IMG/VR virus record: IMGVR_UViG_3300043398_000057
Reading direction: 5' to 3' (one strand)
Source: a virus
Length of the DNA: 64,000 nt
A program made the position numbers and the translations under genes. The notes under the pieces are model-generated. The model saw only the letters and a list, made by a program, of their open reading frames with translations. It was not told the origin of the DNA and ran no database searches. This document shows, in pieces, positions 45,020 to 55,001 of the stretch (positions are counted from its first letter, which is position 1; the number at the start of each line of letters is the position of its first letter).

Positions 45020-45984
45020 TGCCTATCATTTCGACTAGAGAAGAATTCATTGACAATGTGAAACGCCGCCTTGGATGGCCCGTTATCAGTTTGGAACTTG
45101 AAGAAAACCAGATTGACGACCGTGTTGATGAAGCAATCGATTTTTTCTTTGATTTCCACTATGACGGTACTGTTAGAACCTACTTGAAGCACCAACTGAG
45201 TGCAACAGAGGTATCATTCGTGAGTCCTGCTTAGGGAATCATTCCGGGTGAGCGTTTGGAACGCTCAGATGGCTCAGGGTTCACCGTTTTGAGTGTTGCC
45301 AATGGCTCAGGTAGTGTCCTCACAAAAAACTCGTCTGGTGTCCAAATTGGCGAAACGCTGACCGGTAACATGTCCGGTGTCACTGTTGTGATTGACGCTG
45401 TTGATATCGGAGACATTGAAAACCGGTTCATCGACCTTCGTGACATTAACGGTAACCATGTGATTCGAGGCGTTTCAAGAATTGTTCCGATTGAGAGTGC
45501 ATCCGGTACGTCAAATGGTCATGTGTTTGATGCGCGTTATCACGCAACAATTGACGCTTTGTATACCATCAATCATGGCGGAATGCTTGACTACAGCATT
45601 GCAATGTCAAACTTGACTTTGTTGGATCAAGTTTTGCGCCCACGCCAATCAGTTCGGTTCAACAAGGCTCAAGGGTTGCTGTATGTTGATATGGATTGGG
45701 AAAAATACACCCCGGGCGACTAGATCATTGTTGATTGCTTCCGTGTTGTTGATCCTGAAATTTTCAGCGACATTTACAATGATCGAAACTTGCAAAAACT
45801 TGCCGCAGCATACCTGAAAAAGCAATGGGGTACAAACATCAAGAAATATGCAAACGTTTCTCTGATTGCTGGTGTCACGATTGACGGTAACACGATTTAT
45901 CAGGAAGGTGTTGCGGAGTCTGCCGAAGCTGAAACTTCTATCAGGGATAACTATGAAATCCCACCTATCGGATTCTTTGAGTAA
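45019..45984 (+). CDS. gp13: Neck protein gp13; internal TAG 45232 and 45721
   Basis: RRLGWPVI..QIDDRVDEAI..HYDG; KKQWGTNIKKY..GVTIDG; YEIPP. Confidence 0.93.
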
Positions 45985-46778
45985 TGGCAACAATCAACCC
46001 ATTTTTTAACCGTTCGGCCAAACAAGTCGAGGCCGAATATGTTCAGGACATGATTGAAGAATCTATCAAGATTCAGGGTCTTGAGGTTTACTACATTCCT
46101 AGAATCCTGAACAATTTTGACAAGATTTTCGGCGAGTCAACTGACGTTTCTTTCAACGTTGCTATTCCAATGGCAATGTATCCCGAAACTCGTCAATTCA
46201 TCGGTCAAGACACGTTGACACGTTTCGGTTTGCAGTCTTTCCAAACATGTGATTTTTCTGTTGGTAGAAGACACTTCGAAGAACAATATCGAGATAATAT
46301 CCCACCATCGCGTGACCCAAAACTAACTTGGCGACCATGTGAAGGTGACTTGATTTTCATTTCGTCTAATGTTATTCAGGGCAACCCATCAATTTTTGAA
46401 ATCAAGTTTGTTGATGATGATTCACCTGTTTGGCACCAATTGGGTAAGAATTTCACATGGAAACTCAATTGTGAATTGTTCCAATACAGCAAAGAAGAGT
46501 TCTCTACCGGTAACACCGAAATTGACAATGATGTGTTCGGAAAGTACAACACAACAAATGAGAAATACATTTTGTTGGAAATCTCTTCGGATGCCATTCA
46601 AACCAGTTTGGCATATGAGCAATCCGGTACACCGATCAATCTTGAGGCATCAGAAAATTCAGAAACTTCTACTGTTGTGACAACGCCATATGGCGACAAC
46701 ATGGAAATCAAACAAGAATTTTGTGAGAAAATCGTAACTAATGAATGGGATGAATCCGATCCCTTTGGAGGTTTCTAA
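45984..46778 (+). CDS. gp14: Neck protein gp14
   Basis: ESIKIQGLEVYYIPR, RPCEGDLIF, FEIKFV, CELFQYS, ESDPFG. Confidence 0.93.
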   Translation: MATINPFFNRSAKQVEAEYVQDMIEESIKIQGLEVYYIPRILNNFDKIFGESTDVSFNVAIPMAMYPETRQFIGQDTLTRFGLQSFQTCDFSVGRRHFEEQYRDNIPPSRDPKLTWRPCEGDLIFISSNVIQGNPSIFEIKFVDDDSPVWHQLGKNFTWKLNCELFQYSKEEFSTGNTEIDNDVFGKYNTTNEKYILLEISSDAIQTSLAYEQSGTPINLEASENSETSTVVTTPYGDNMEIKQEFCEKIVTNEWDESDPFGGF

Positions 46779-47599
46779 TGATTCCGGGTTTCACTGGTCA
46801 TCAAGTAATTCGTAAAACGGTTGTTGCTTTTGGTAGCTTGTTTTCTCGTTTGTACGTTATCACCAGAAATAAGGATGGTGAAATCATTCAATCGAAGAAG
46901 ATTCCGATCACATATTTGCCAAAGGAAAAGTGGGTTCGTCGTACTGGTGAAAACCCTCTGGTCACAAACGAAATTTTGACAACTCTTCCGCGTGCTTCGT
47001 TCGAGTTGACAAACCTTTCATACAACTCTTCGCGTCAGTTGCCAAAGTTCAACCAAACTTCCATCAATGGCGGTGGAACACAGGGTTCACCAACGCCTTA
47101 CGACTTGTCATTTAACCTTTATGTGACCACCAAGACGCTTGATGAAATGTATCAGGTCATGGAGCAAATTCTTCCATTCTTCAGCCCGGAATAGGTTGTC
47201 AGTGTGAAGGTGGACGGTTCATCTGATGGTGTCATGGATGTTCCAATTATTTTGGAAAGCAATACAACTGAAGACTCGTATGATGGTGATTTTGTTGACC
47301 GTAGAGAAATCATCACGACATTCACGTTTACAGCCAAGGTAAATCTGTATCAGGCAACCAAGGGTATTGATTACGCCAAAATTGCCGGTATTGTTGATGA
47401 ATGCTGTAATGATGGTGAAGTGCTTGGTAGAATCAAGAAAGTCATTATCGACATTCCTCAAGGCAACACAAGGTATACGGCACAAGTTGTGCAGGCTTCA
47501 GCCGAAAAGGAAGACTTGCACAAGGTTATCGAATCCGAAAACGAAATGCCTATCGAAGACCTTATCAAAAACGTGAACATTCATCCTGAGTATTTCTGA
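46778..47599 (+). CDS. gp15: Tail sheath stabiliser/terminator gp15; internal TAG 47192-47194
   Basis: IRKTVVAFGSLF, LPRASFE, EQILPFF, YDGDF..RR. Confidence 0.92.
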
Positions 47600-48045
47600 T
47601 GCCAACGAAAAATCAAAATCAAAGTATCGCTGATGCGCTTGACGTTGAACCTTTCTTCCCTGAACAGGAAGAGAGTTTTGATATTGTTGAGCAAATCGAG
47701 AATTAGCCTGATCAGGGTTCGGTTGATGAATATGCTGAGTAGGCAAAATCAAAGGCAATTGCCAAGAAACAAATCATTGGTTTGATGCAAACCGCAAATG
47801 AGGCAATTTCGGAACTTCATGAAATCGCTCGTTCAACAGAAAAATCTTTCGACTACGAACGTGTTTTCAAGGGTATTGAGTCGGTTTCGCATCTTGCCAA
47901 AACTCTAGTCGATATTGACAAGCCTGTTGAGAAAAAGCAACCACAGAGTTCAACTGTGATTGACAACAGTGTTACAAACAACACCATGAGTTTGAACACC
48001 AATGATGTTTTTGATGCTGTTCGTAGAGCACTGAACAAAGATTAA
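47599..48045 (+). CDS. gp16: Terminase small subunit (gp16-like); internal TAG 47704 and 47740
   Basis: TGATG coupling after gp15; helical core AISELHEIARS..YE, VTNN tail; synteny. Confidence 0.75.
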
Positions 48046-48416
48046 ATCTGACAGAAGACCTGTTTACCAAGTCTTTTCTTTTTCTTGCATTCATCTGCCC
48101 AATGTGGGTAAATGTCGGCGCGATAGAAGTGTGTGGCCCCCTTTGTGGGGTCTTTCTTTTTCCCATCGAGAATTTCTTGAGCGAGGTTCATTGATTTGAA
48201 CCATGCTTCCGACTCAGTGACCTTTGGCGAAGTCTTGTTCGGTTTGACCCATGAGAATTGATTTTTCTGTTTCACTGTGTCGCAAACACGTTCTTCATCA
48301 TTTTCCGAACGATTCATGACAACGTGTGCCACAGCGACTTGAGCGACAACCGGTTCTGACCGACTTTCATGGTAGATGGTTGACGCCAAGCAAATTAGTG
48401 CAGTTTGTAGAATCAC
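48042..48416 (-). CDS. Cell-wall hydrolase (SleB/Hydrolase_2 family)
   Basis: CLASTIYHESRSE, AVAHVVMNR, QFSW, DPTKGATHFY. Confidence 0.9.
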   Translation of the reverse strand: MILQTALICLASTIYHESRSEPVVAQVAVAHVVMNRSENDEERVCDTVKQKNQFSWVKPNKTSPKVTESEAWFKSMNLAQEILDGKKKDPTKGATHFYRADIYPHWADECKKKKRLGKQVFCQI

Positions 48417-48604
48417 GATTTTTCCAACACCCCATCAATTTCTTGATCAGTTGCCCATATTTGACCACCCGTGTCCAGAAGTTCAATGTTGTGTGGCATG
48501 GCATAGTCTTCGGGATCGCGACAAATATAAATCGCCTCACGATGTTCACCATATGCGAAGTACCAACAACGTTCACCACGTTCGAAAAATTTCAGTAGCT
48601 TCAT
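48413..48604 (-). CDS. Hypothetical protein
   Basis: Overlap-coupled with both neighbours. Confidence 0.6.
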   Translation of the reverse strand: MKLLKFFERGERCWYFAYGEHREAIYICRDPEDYAMPHNIELLDTGGQIWATDQEIDGVLEKS

Positions 48605-48762
48605 CAGAACCCCACTTCGATCTTGCCATTTTCGCGGGTAACCTTTGCCCATGGCAGTGCCACCATAGCAAAAAGAATTACAATCGGTAAAACAATCATC
48701 GCGACTGCACCGATGATAGGCAGAGTGAAGAAAATGAAAGTCTTGATTGCGAAGTTGGACAT
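48604..48762 (-). CDS. Small membrane protein
   Basis: AAGGA RBS, long hydrophobic segment, downstream of an early promoter. Confidence 0.65.
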   Translation of the reverse strand: MSNFAIKTFIFFTLPIIGAVAMIVLPIVILFAMVALPWAKVTRENGKIEVGF

Positions 48763-48780
48763 GATTTTCCTTAGTTGATT

Positions 48781-48844
48781 TGTTGCGATGTATGAATTAT
48801 GTCCCTTCGGGACCATCTTGTCAATCACAAAGTTGTAACAGTTT
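48781..48844 (-). promoter_or_regulatory. Early promoter repeat, copy 1
   Basis: Minus strand TGTTACAA..TTGACA-17-CATAAT..CATCGCAACA; hairpin in the spacer. Confidence 0.85.
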
Positions 48845-49232
48845 GTGTGGTTTCAGTGTAGGTAAGATTCCAACGTTCGGCAATTCTTTTCATTTCGCGT
48901 TCAAAACTTGGGGCTCCATTGACGCTCCAAATACCATCATGTGCCCGTTGAAGTTCTGTCAGAAGATTCAATTGATGAACAGAAAAGAACTTTTCGTATT
49001 CAGCCTTTCGATAGCGTTCCATCGAAACAATTGAAGTTCCGTGTCCCACAATACTATCCCACGAATTTGCAGTTTCATCATCGATGCAATGACCGACAGC
49101 ACATTTCAAACCACCATTACCACGATATGCACAACCATAGTCACGAGATGATTGTTCGTAACCCTGTTCGCGAATACCGAACAGTGCCTTGTCAAAGATT
49201 TCTTGATTGGTCAGTTGAGTCATGATGTTCAA
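48825..49232 (-). CDS. Hypothetical early protein
   Basis: QEIFDK..CAYRG..KCAVG..LQRAHD motifs seen in phage early genes. Confidence 0.75.
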   Translation of the reverse strand: MNIMTQLTNQEIFDKALFGIREQGYEQSSRDYGCAYRGNGGLKCAVGHCIDDETANSWDSIVGHGTSIVSMERYRKAEYEKFFSVHQLNLLTELQRAHDGIWSVNGAPSFEREMKRIAERWNLTYTETTQTVTTL

Positions 49233-49242
49233 TTGAAAGTTG

Positions 49243-49304
49243 TGTTGCGATGAAATGAATTATGGTTCAGAAATGTTTCAGTGTCAACAACAAAGTTGTA
49301 ACAG
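49243..49304 (-). promoter_or_regulatory. Early promoter repeat, copy 2
   Basis: TGTTACAA..TTGACA-17-CATAAT..CATCGCAACA; no spacer hairpin. Confidence 0.85.
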
Positions 49305-49308
49305 AATG

Positions 49309-49331
49309 AAAAAAGACCCCGAAGGGTCTTT
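49309..49331 (-). terminator. Rho-independent terminator after gp32
   Basis: Minus strand AAAGACCC-TTCG-GGGTCTTTTTT. Confidence 0.88.
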
Positions 49332-49351
49332 CGTGTCAGGTCAATCAGAAA

Positions 49352-50434
49352 TCAATCAACCAGATTCTTGAAGAAATCGTCTTCGTCATCAATCGCAGGG
49401 GTTTGATCCGCGACGGGCTTCTTTGTAGCCTTTGACGACTTCGTTTCCTTCACCGCAACATTTTCCGAGATTTGTTTGGTGGTTTCCTTGATATCAAAGA
49501 ATCCATCATCGTCATCATCAGACCATGGCGCAGTCTTATCAGCCGCAACAGACTTCTTTTCAGCAGTCTGTTGCGGCATCGTGACACTATCGGGAATGTC
49601 AGTGAAACCATCGTCATCATCAAGATTGTTGTCTTGATTGTCGCCACTCTTTTCCGACTGTTGACCCGAATTCTTCTGATCGATGTTCATCACCCAATTG
49701 TACTTGTTCATCAACTCTTCGGGAGTCAGGAACTTTTCAGGCTTGATGAATTCTTGAAGATCATAGCACTGAGCCATGATTTCATCATGATCACCGGGAC
49801 AAGGCTTGATCTTACCAAACTTCGAATCATCGTAGTTGTTCAGATTATTGACTTGCTTGCAAACGTAGGTAAAATTTGCACCGTTGGTCAGGTCGAACGG
49901 GTTCAGAGGTTCGGGAATTTCAACGTCATCATCATCCATGTCAAGCATAGCGGGTTGTTGTGGCTTTGCGGCCTTAACAATCAAATCCATGATTGACTTA
50001 CCGAAACGGAACACCTTAACCTTACCGTTGTTCTCTGGCTTTGCCGGGTCTTTCACAACGAGAATGTTGGCGTAGAAGTATTCATTTCGGCGTTGCTTCG
50101 TGGCTTGCTTTTTCAGTGATTCGTTACCACTGTTGTAAAGATCACCATTCATCGTGTAAATGGGGTCTTCCAGACCAATCGAAGTTGGCGAGTTTTCAGC
50201 GAAATAACGCTTCTTACCGTTGACAGTGTTGAAGAAATAATACTGATAACGACGAACGAACAGATCACCGTCTTCAGCCTTAGGTGGCAGGAATCGAATC
50301 ACAGCAGCGAATTCGCCCTTTTCATCAACAGTGCCTTGCCACAGCAGTTCCTTTTCACCGTCATTGGTCTTTTTGTATGTGGTCTTCTTGGATTGAACAC
50401 CATCGATAGCATTAAGCAGTTTTGAGAAGTCCAT
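49352..50434 (-). CDS. gp32: Single-stranded DNA-binding protein
   Basis: AVIRFLP, ENSPTSIG, YFYANILVVKDPAKPENNGKV..FGKSI, NPFDLTNGANF, NYDDSKF, acidic tail. Confidence 0.95.
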   Translation of the reverse strand: MDFSKLLNAIDGVQSKKTTYKKTNDGEKELLWQGTVDEKGEFAAVIRFLPPKAEDGDLFVRRYQYYFFNTVNGKKRYFAENSPTSIGLEDPIYTMNGDLYNSGNESLKKQATKQRRNEYFYANILVVKDPAKPENNGKVKVFRFGKSIMDLIVKAAKPQQPAMLDMDDDDVEIPEPLNPFDLTNGANFTYVCKQVNNLNNYDDSKFGKIKPCPGDHDEIMAQCYDLQEFIKPEKFLTPEELMNKYNWVMNIDQKNSGQQSEKSGDNQDNNLDDDDGFTDIPDSVTMPQQTAEKKSVAADKTAPWSDDDDDGFFDIKETTKQISENVAVKETKSSKATKKPVADQTPAIDDEDDFFKNLVD

Positions 50435-50470
50435 AAGTTTTACCTTTCAGTTTTGAGTTTAACGTAAGTT

Positions 50471-51007
50471 TTACAAGAATTTTTCAGCATTGAAAAACGC
50501 TTTGTATTTAGTGAGTCGAAAAGCAAGGGGTTTGAAACCAATCAACATAGTGTCATAGTTGGCACTTTTGAGAAATTTCTTCTTTGCTTCGATCACCATT
50601 GCAAACTCTGGTGTGACTTTCTTTGCCGCCACCAGTGAAAGCAATGTTAGCACAGGATGGTTGCTTTTTTGCAACGCCTGTTGAAAAGTCTTGTTGTCTG
50701 CATCAAGGTTGTGCCGAATGGCCCGCATCCTACCAACGTATTGCAAATACAGTTCATACGATGTACCGTTATCGATCCATCGGATATCTTTGTCATCAAG
50801 ATGACATGCAACACAAGACTTTGAGAGTTCGCGCAAATCTCGATACTGATTTGCAATAGACTGAATCTTTCGGTACTCCGCTTCTGTTAGGTTTTGAAAC
50901 CTAGCCTCAAGTCCCGAAAGATGTTCCGTGGAAGTCGCATCAAACTTCACCTGAGTAAAGTGAAGTCTGATAAGTTCCATGTGACGAAATGCGTCAAATT
51001 CATTCAT
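50471..51007 (-). CDS. gp59: Helicase loader (gp59-like)
   Basis: FDAFR..IRLHFT..FD N-terminus, terminal KYKAFF; upstream of gp32 as in T4. Confidence 0.7.
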   Translation of the reverse strand: MNEFDAFRHMELIRLHFTQVKFDATSTEHLSGLEARFQNLTEAEYRKIQSIANQYRDLRELSKSCVACHLDDKDIRWIDNGTSYELYLQYVGRMRAIRHNLDADNKTFQQALQKSNHPVLTLLSLVAAKKVTPEFAMVIEAKKKFLKSANYDTMLIGFKPLAFRLTKYKAFFNAEKFL

Positions 51008-51729
51008 TTGAGTCTTACATGAGAAAGTTTTCCGGTGTAGTAGGCCCCGGTGTCAATGAACGACCATGACCAATCATTTTTCTGCAATTCTACAACATCA
51101 TCAACGATGGTGTGACCCGAAATGATGTTCGGAAATTGAGGATCGTTCAGAGCAGGGTTTTTAAGCAGTTCTGCGCGTTTGTTTGGGTAGATGTAGTGTC
51201 GCTCCCATTGGTGAACTGGACACTCCCAAAACCCTTTATTTCGCGGTTTGGTGACTTGTTCAAACCATTTCTCTGACAGTGCCGGTTCAGTGATGTGGTC
51301 AAGGTTCAATTCAGCATGAACAAGCATTGTCTTGCGATTTGAACCGGTGTCGATAACGATCAGGTTCGGACACTTTTGAGGAATGTCCAACGTGATACCC
51401 TTCAGCACATCACGATCTTCACTGTAAGCCCAAAGCCCACCGTTTTGGATGAACAGGTCGGAATCGAAATTGTCATCAATCCAATCACACAGCATTCTTT
51501 CATGGTTGCCTTCGATTGAAAGGAACCATGGTTCATAGATCAGGTTCAAACACTTCATCGATTCTTCGCCACGGTCAACCAAGTCGCCACAGCAAATGCA
51601 CAAATCGGTGGAAAAGTTGAAGTTCACGTTGTCGAGTAGTTCCATCAGTTCATCATACGAACCGTGAATGTCGCCGACAACAATGACCTTGTTCCAGTCT
51701 TTTACGTTGATGTGTTTAACGTTAATCAT
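51004..51729 (-). CDS. Metallophosphoesterase (lambda NinI-like Ser/Thr phosphatase)
   Basis: GDIHG, GDLVDRG, GNHE, GHT, IDTGA. Confidence 0.92.
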   Translation of the reverse strand: MINVKHINVKDWNKVIVVGDIHGSYDELMELLDNVNFNFSTDLCICCGDLVDRGEESMKCLNLIYEPWFLSIEGNHERMLCDWIDDNFDSDLFIQNGGLWAYSEDRDVLKGITLDIPQKCPNLIVIDTGSNRKTMLVHAELNLDHITEPALSEKWFEQVTKPRNKGFWECPVHQWERHYIYPNKRAELLKNPALNDPQFPNIISGHTIVDDVVELQKNDWSWSFIDTGAYYTGKLSHVRLK

Positions 51730-51875
51730 TTTAGTGTGAAGTAGATTGCGATGTTTGAAATTGTGTAACCAAAATACATGAAACCAACTGCATAGTTTTT
51801 CTTTAGCAGTTGGTCAACACATATGAACAGATATCCTATTGTGCAAAATGCGAGGAAAATCTGTGAGTAGTTCAT
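51726..51875 (-). CDS. Small 2-TM membrane protein, 49 aa
   Basis: ATGA-coupled on both sides; below the ORF-track cutoff. Confidence 0.65.
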   Translation of the reverse strand: MNYSQIFLAFCTIGYLFICVDQLLKKNYAVGFMYFGYTISNIAIYFTLK

Positions 51876-52066
51876 TTTTGATCCGGTGCCAATTCGAGGT
51901 TGTCAACACTGATCAGGTTTGTCCTCAGTTGTCGTTCACGCCGAACAGTGATGAAGTCAACACCTTCCTTTTGAACAATGGTGTTGTCCACAACAATGAA
52001 CTTGTCCACACCATTGATGAACTTCACCTTTTTTCCGATTGTGAACTTTTTGTGCTTAGGTGTCAT
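51872..52066 (-). CDS. Hypothetical small protein
   Basis: AAGGA RBS, coupled to neighbours. Confidence 0.65.
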   Translation of the reverse strand: MTPKHKKFTIGKKVKFINGVDKFIVVDNTIVQKEGVDFITVRRERQLRTNLISVDNLELAPDQK

Positions 52067-52307
52067 TTTTTCTTTCCTTTACATATTTTGTCGCCGCTTC
52101 AGTGCTGGTGAATGCAATCATCTCAAAATTTCCAGTACCACTGTCATTATAGAACAAAAACAGACTGGTTTTGGGTCGGAGTTCACCCTTCATGACATAT
52201 TTGAAATGTGAAATCTTCAGTTGTTCACCGGTTGTTTCATGCACCATTGTGGGTTGAGGAAAGATTTGATAACGTTCAATGTTACGCAGCATAGGGGTCA
52301 TCCTCAC
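52056..52307 (-). CDS. Hypothetical protein
   Basis: Tiles the minus-strand operon; start uncertain. Confidence 0.55.
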   Translation of the reverse strand: MRMTPMLRNIERYQIFPQPTMVHETTGEQLKISHFKYVMKGELRPKTSLFLFYNDSGTGNFEMIAFTSTEAATKYVKERKNDT

Positions 52308-52464
52308 TCAGATTTCCAATCTTGGAATGTGAAATTACACCCTTGACTTTGACGACATTGCTTTCCAGAAAGTCAATGATTTCTTGAGTTGTATTGCCGC
52401 CGAAACCAAAGAACAGAAGAATTGGGGTGGTGTTTTCGGGCAGATTTTCAGGAATGCTGTGCAT
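52282..52464 (-). CDS. Hypothetical protein
   Basis: AAAGGT RBS; tiles the operon. Confidence 0.55.
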   Translation of the reverse strand: MHSIPENLPENTTPILLFFGFGGNTTQEIIDFLESNVVKVKGVISHSKIGNLSEDDPYAA

Positions 52465-52468
52465 GGTA

Positions 52469-53074
52469 TCAACCTTTCAGGAAAGAATTCAGAACATCAC
52501 GAGTCAGTTCGAGTTCGGCAAGACGCTTTTCGCAGTTCTTCGTTTGTTCTTCGAGTTCGACCATTTTAATCGTGAACTTTCGATTCATGGTTGTGGCGCG
52601 AGAAATTTCCAGTTGCATCATCAGGTCAAGACCGTTCAAACGACGCTTCACATGTTTGATCGAATTCTTGATTTGATGGTGTGCAGATTGGATGCCGCTT
52701 CGACGCTTCAGATTTCGCTTTTGTTGAGCACTCATTTGTTTCTTCTTTGGTTCTTCGGTCATTGGTACTTGAATGGGTTGGTTGACGATTGGCGAAGTTT
52801 CCAGTGCTTCATTCGCGAGTTTTTGTGCATACACATTTTGCAAAATCCCCCTAACCGATGGGCGATTTTGTGTATCAACGTAGTAGTTTTTCCCGGGCAT
52901 ATCAAAATACTTTGCGATTTGACCATACCTACGGTATGAACGTCGAGTGCCATTATAAATGGGCCAAAATTCAATTTGTGCGCCACGCTTGGCGGCTTCG
53001 ATCAAAGCCCAACGCGGGTAACATTCAGAAATGCCTTCAATACTCAGCAGTTCATTCATATCGAGTTCTTGCAT
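52469..53074 (-). CDS. Hypothetical protein with basic coiled-coil C-terminus
   Basis: AAAGGT RBS before ATG 53074. Confidence 0.7.
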   Translation of the reverse strand: MQELDMNELLSIEGISECYPRWALIEAAKRGAQIEFWPIYNGTRRSYRRYGQIAKYFDMPGKNYYVDTQNRPSVRGILQNVYAQKLANEALETSPIVNQPIQVPMTEEPKKKQMSAQQKRNLKRRSGIQSAHHQIKNSIKHVKRRLNGLDLMMQLEISRATTMNRKFTIKMVELEEQTKNCEKRLAELELTRDVLNSFLKG

Positions 53075-53091
53075 GATAGACCTTTCAAAAA

Positions 53092-53439
53092 TTAGCAACG
53101 GTTTGCACGTTCGTGACAAGCAGCTTCGGCAACCATCCAAGCAAGATGGTTAGCCAGATATGTGTCGATTTCCTTACCCGACAGGGTGTTGTACACGACC
53201 TTCCGACCATGGGCTTTTTCAAGTGCCGAAGTGCTGACGATACCTTCATCAACCATTTCGTCAATCCATTCAAAAATCAGTTCACGATTGTCTTCGTAGA
53301 ACTTGTTGGTTTCGCTGTAGTAGATGAAACCACTGAAGCCACCAGCAATACCATGATTGCAAACATCTTGGAAGCATTGCTCGAACTCTTCTTCGCCACC
53401 GAATTGTTCAACCACAGCGTTGTACAGATTTTGGTTCAT
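53092..53439 (-). CDS. Acidic early protein
   Basis: DVCNHGIAGGFSGFIYYSETNKFY..LAW..E; acidic composition. Confidence 0.75.
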   Translation of the reverse strand: MNQNLYNAVVEQFGGEEEFEQCFQDVCNHGIAGGFSGFIYYSETNKFYEDNRELIFEWIDEMVDEGIVSTSALEKAHGRKVVYNTLSGKEIDTYLANHLAWMVAEAACHERANRC

Positions 53440-53441
53440 GA

Positions 53442-53687
53442 TCAGATTCCTACTTCGTTGATTTGATGTTTGAGATTATCCAACTCTTCCATCAGTTTGT
53501 CAATACGTTGGATGATTTTTTGTTTTTGCATTCTTCGGTCGGCGTCTTTGTCATATTGAACCCAAATCATCCGATGGCAACCTTGAGCCGAAAGTTTCCG
53601 ACAAAGATCATGTTCATAGATGGCGACACAACCGCCACAACCAAGGCTTTCGCGTTGACGATAGTTGCCACATTCGGAAATTCTCAT
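53442..53687 (-). CDS. Small Cys-rich hypothetical protein
   Basis: CxxC..C..C; first gene after an early promoter. Confidence 0.65.
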   Translation of the reverse strand: MRISECGNYRQRESLGCGGCVAIYEHDLCRKLSAQGCHRMIWVQYDKDADRRMQKQKIIQRIDKLMEELDNLKHQINEVGI

Positions 53688-53710
53688 GATGTTCTTTCTG
53701 TTGAAAACTG

Positions 53711-53774
53711 TGTAGCGATGGAATGAATTATGGCCCCGAAGGCCATGTTGTCAAGCACAAAGTTGTAACAGTTT
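53711..53774 (-). promoter_or_regulatory. Early promoter repeat, copy 3
   Basis: TGTTACAA..TTGACA-16-CATAAT..CATCGCTACA; spacer hairpin. Confidence 0.85.
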
Positions 53775-53787
53775 ACTTTGTTGCGAG

Positions 53788-54345
53788 TTAACCACGGTCT
53801 TCCAGCTTGACAGATTCTTCGATGATTCGAGCGAACTTTGCTTCCAAAACAGGATTTTGTTGGTTGAATTCTTCGGCACTTTGGTAGTATTCGAGTGAAA
53901 CCTTAAACTCACCATCTCTACCTTGGTACAGAATTTTGTACGTCTTCACCGGATCAGGCTTGATACGAAACTCGCAATGTGGGTGCGTCAGACAATCAGT
54001 ATGCGCGGCTTCAACCCAAATATCATCATCTTCGTCTTTGTATTGCAGTTGAATGTTCTTGTTGTTTGCAATAGCAATGAGGATTTCCGCGTGTGGATGG
54101 CGCAAAACATCTTCGGTATGTTCCAGACACTCAAACGGAATACCGAGAAAATCACGATATCCGGAAGAATTGGTGAATTCAACCCTGCAATAGTCACTGT
54201 ACACTTTTGTGACTGTCATGACGCAATCATTGGGGATACTTTTTTCAAATGCGAGACTCCAACCAACCCGACTCTGAAGTTCGTCGAGTGAAAGTGCATT
54301 TCGGATGAAGCGAACAGTGTCGCCAACGTAGAAAGTTTTTTCCAT
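53788..54345 (-). CDS. Hypothetical protein, paralog of the upstream gene
   Basis: Shares PFECLEH, RHPHA, RIKPDPVKxYKILY, FARII. Confidence 0.75.
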   Translation of the reverse strand: MEKTFYVGDTVRFIRNALSLDELQSRVGWSLAFEKSIPNDCVMTVTKVYSDYCRVEFTNSSGYRDFLGIPFECLEHTEDVLRHPHAEILIAIANNKNIQLQYKDEDDDIWVEAAHTDCLTHPHCEFRIKPDPVKTYKILYQGRDGEFKVSLEYYQSAEEFNQQNPVLEAKFARIIEESVKLEDRG

Positions 54346-54347
54346 GA

Positions 54348-54950
54348 TTAGACCTTCGTGTTATGAGATTCAACAAACTTTTCGGTTTCGGGAATGATTC
54401 GAGCGAAATCAAAATTCGAACCGGAATATGATTTCGTGAATTCTTCAGCATCTTTGTACATGCCCTGACTGATTTCGACATTACCACCTAGAGAGTAGAG
54501 AATTTTGTACTTCTTCACCGGATCAGGCTTGATACGATATTCTACACCAACAATGAAGATTGGGCTTGCAGTGTCAACCCAAGCACCATCAGTTTTATCA
54601 TAAGTTTGAAATTTCAGCGTGCAGTCATTTGCATACGCGATCATTAGATCAGCATGAGGATGCCTGTTCGGAGACTGTACAACAGGTTCTTCAACAAAGT
54701 GTTCAAGGCATTCAATTGGAACATTGATACTATTCCAATTCCCATCTTTTGTGGTGTATTCAACACATGCGATGGTTCGACCCTTCATGCCAATTTCAAA
54801 AGAAGAAAATTTGTGTTCCGAACCTGCGAGAATCTTTTCTTGCAGTTCTGATGACCAATAAATGTAGTTGTCCCGAATGTCTCGAATCGAAATACGGGGG
54901 ATGAAAACCACACGGTCACCACTTTTGAACTTTTCATGTTCCATGATCAA
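54348..54950 (-). CDS. Hypothetical protein, paralog of the downstream gene
   Basis: Same motifs as 53788-54345. Confidence 0.75.
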   Translation of the reverse strand: MIMEHEKFKSGDRVVFIPRISIRDIRDNYIYWSSELQEKILAGSEHKFSSFEIGMKGRTIACVEYTTKDGNWNSINVPIECLEHFVEEPVVQSPNRHPHADLMIAYANDCTLKFQTYDKTDGAWVDTASPIFIVGVEYRIKPDPVKKYKILYSLGGNVEISQGMYKDAEEFTKSYSGSNFDFARIIPETEKFVESHNTKV

Positions 54951-54972
54951 AACTCTTTCTTTACGATGTTCC

Positions 54973-55001
54973 TATTGTCACTGTGTACGGATTCTTTGTC
55001 A
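54973..55001 (-). promoter_or_regulatory. Possible sigma70 promoter
   Basis: Minus strand TTGACA-17-GACAAT upstream of the paralog pair. Confidence 0.45.
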
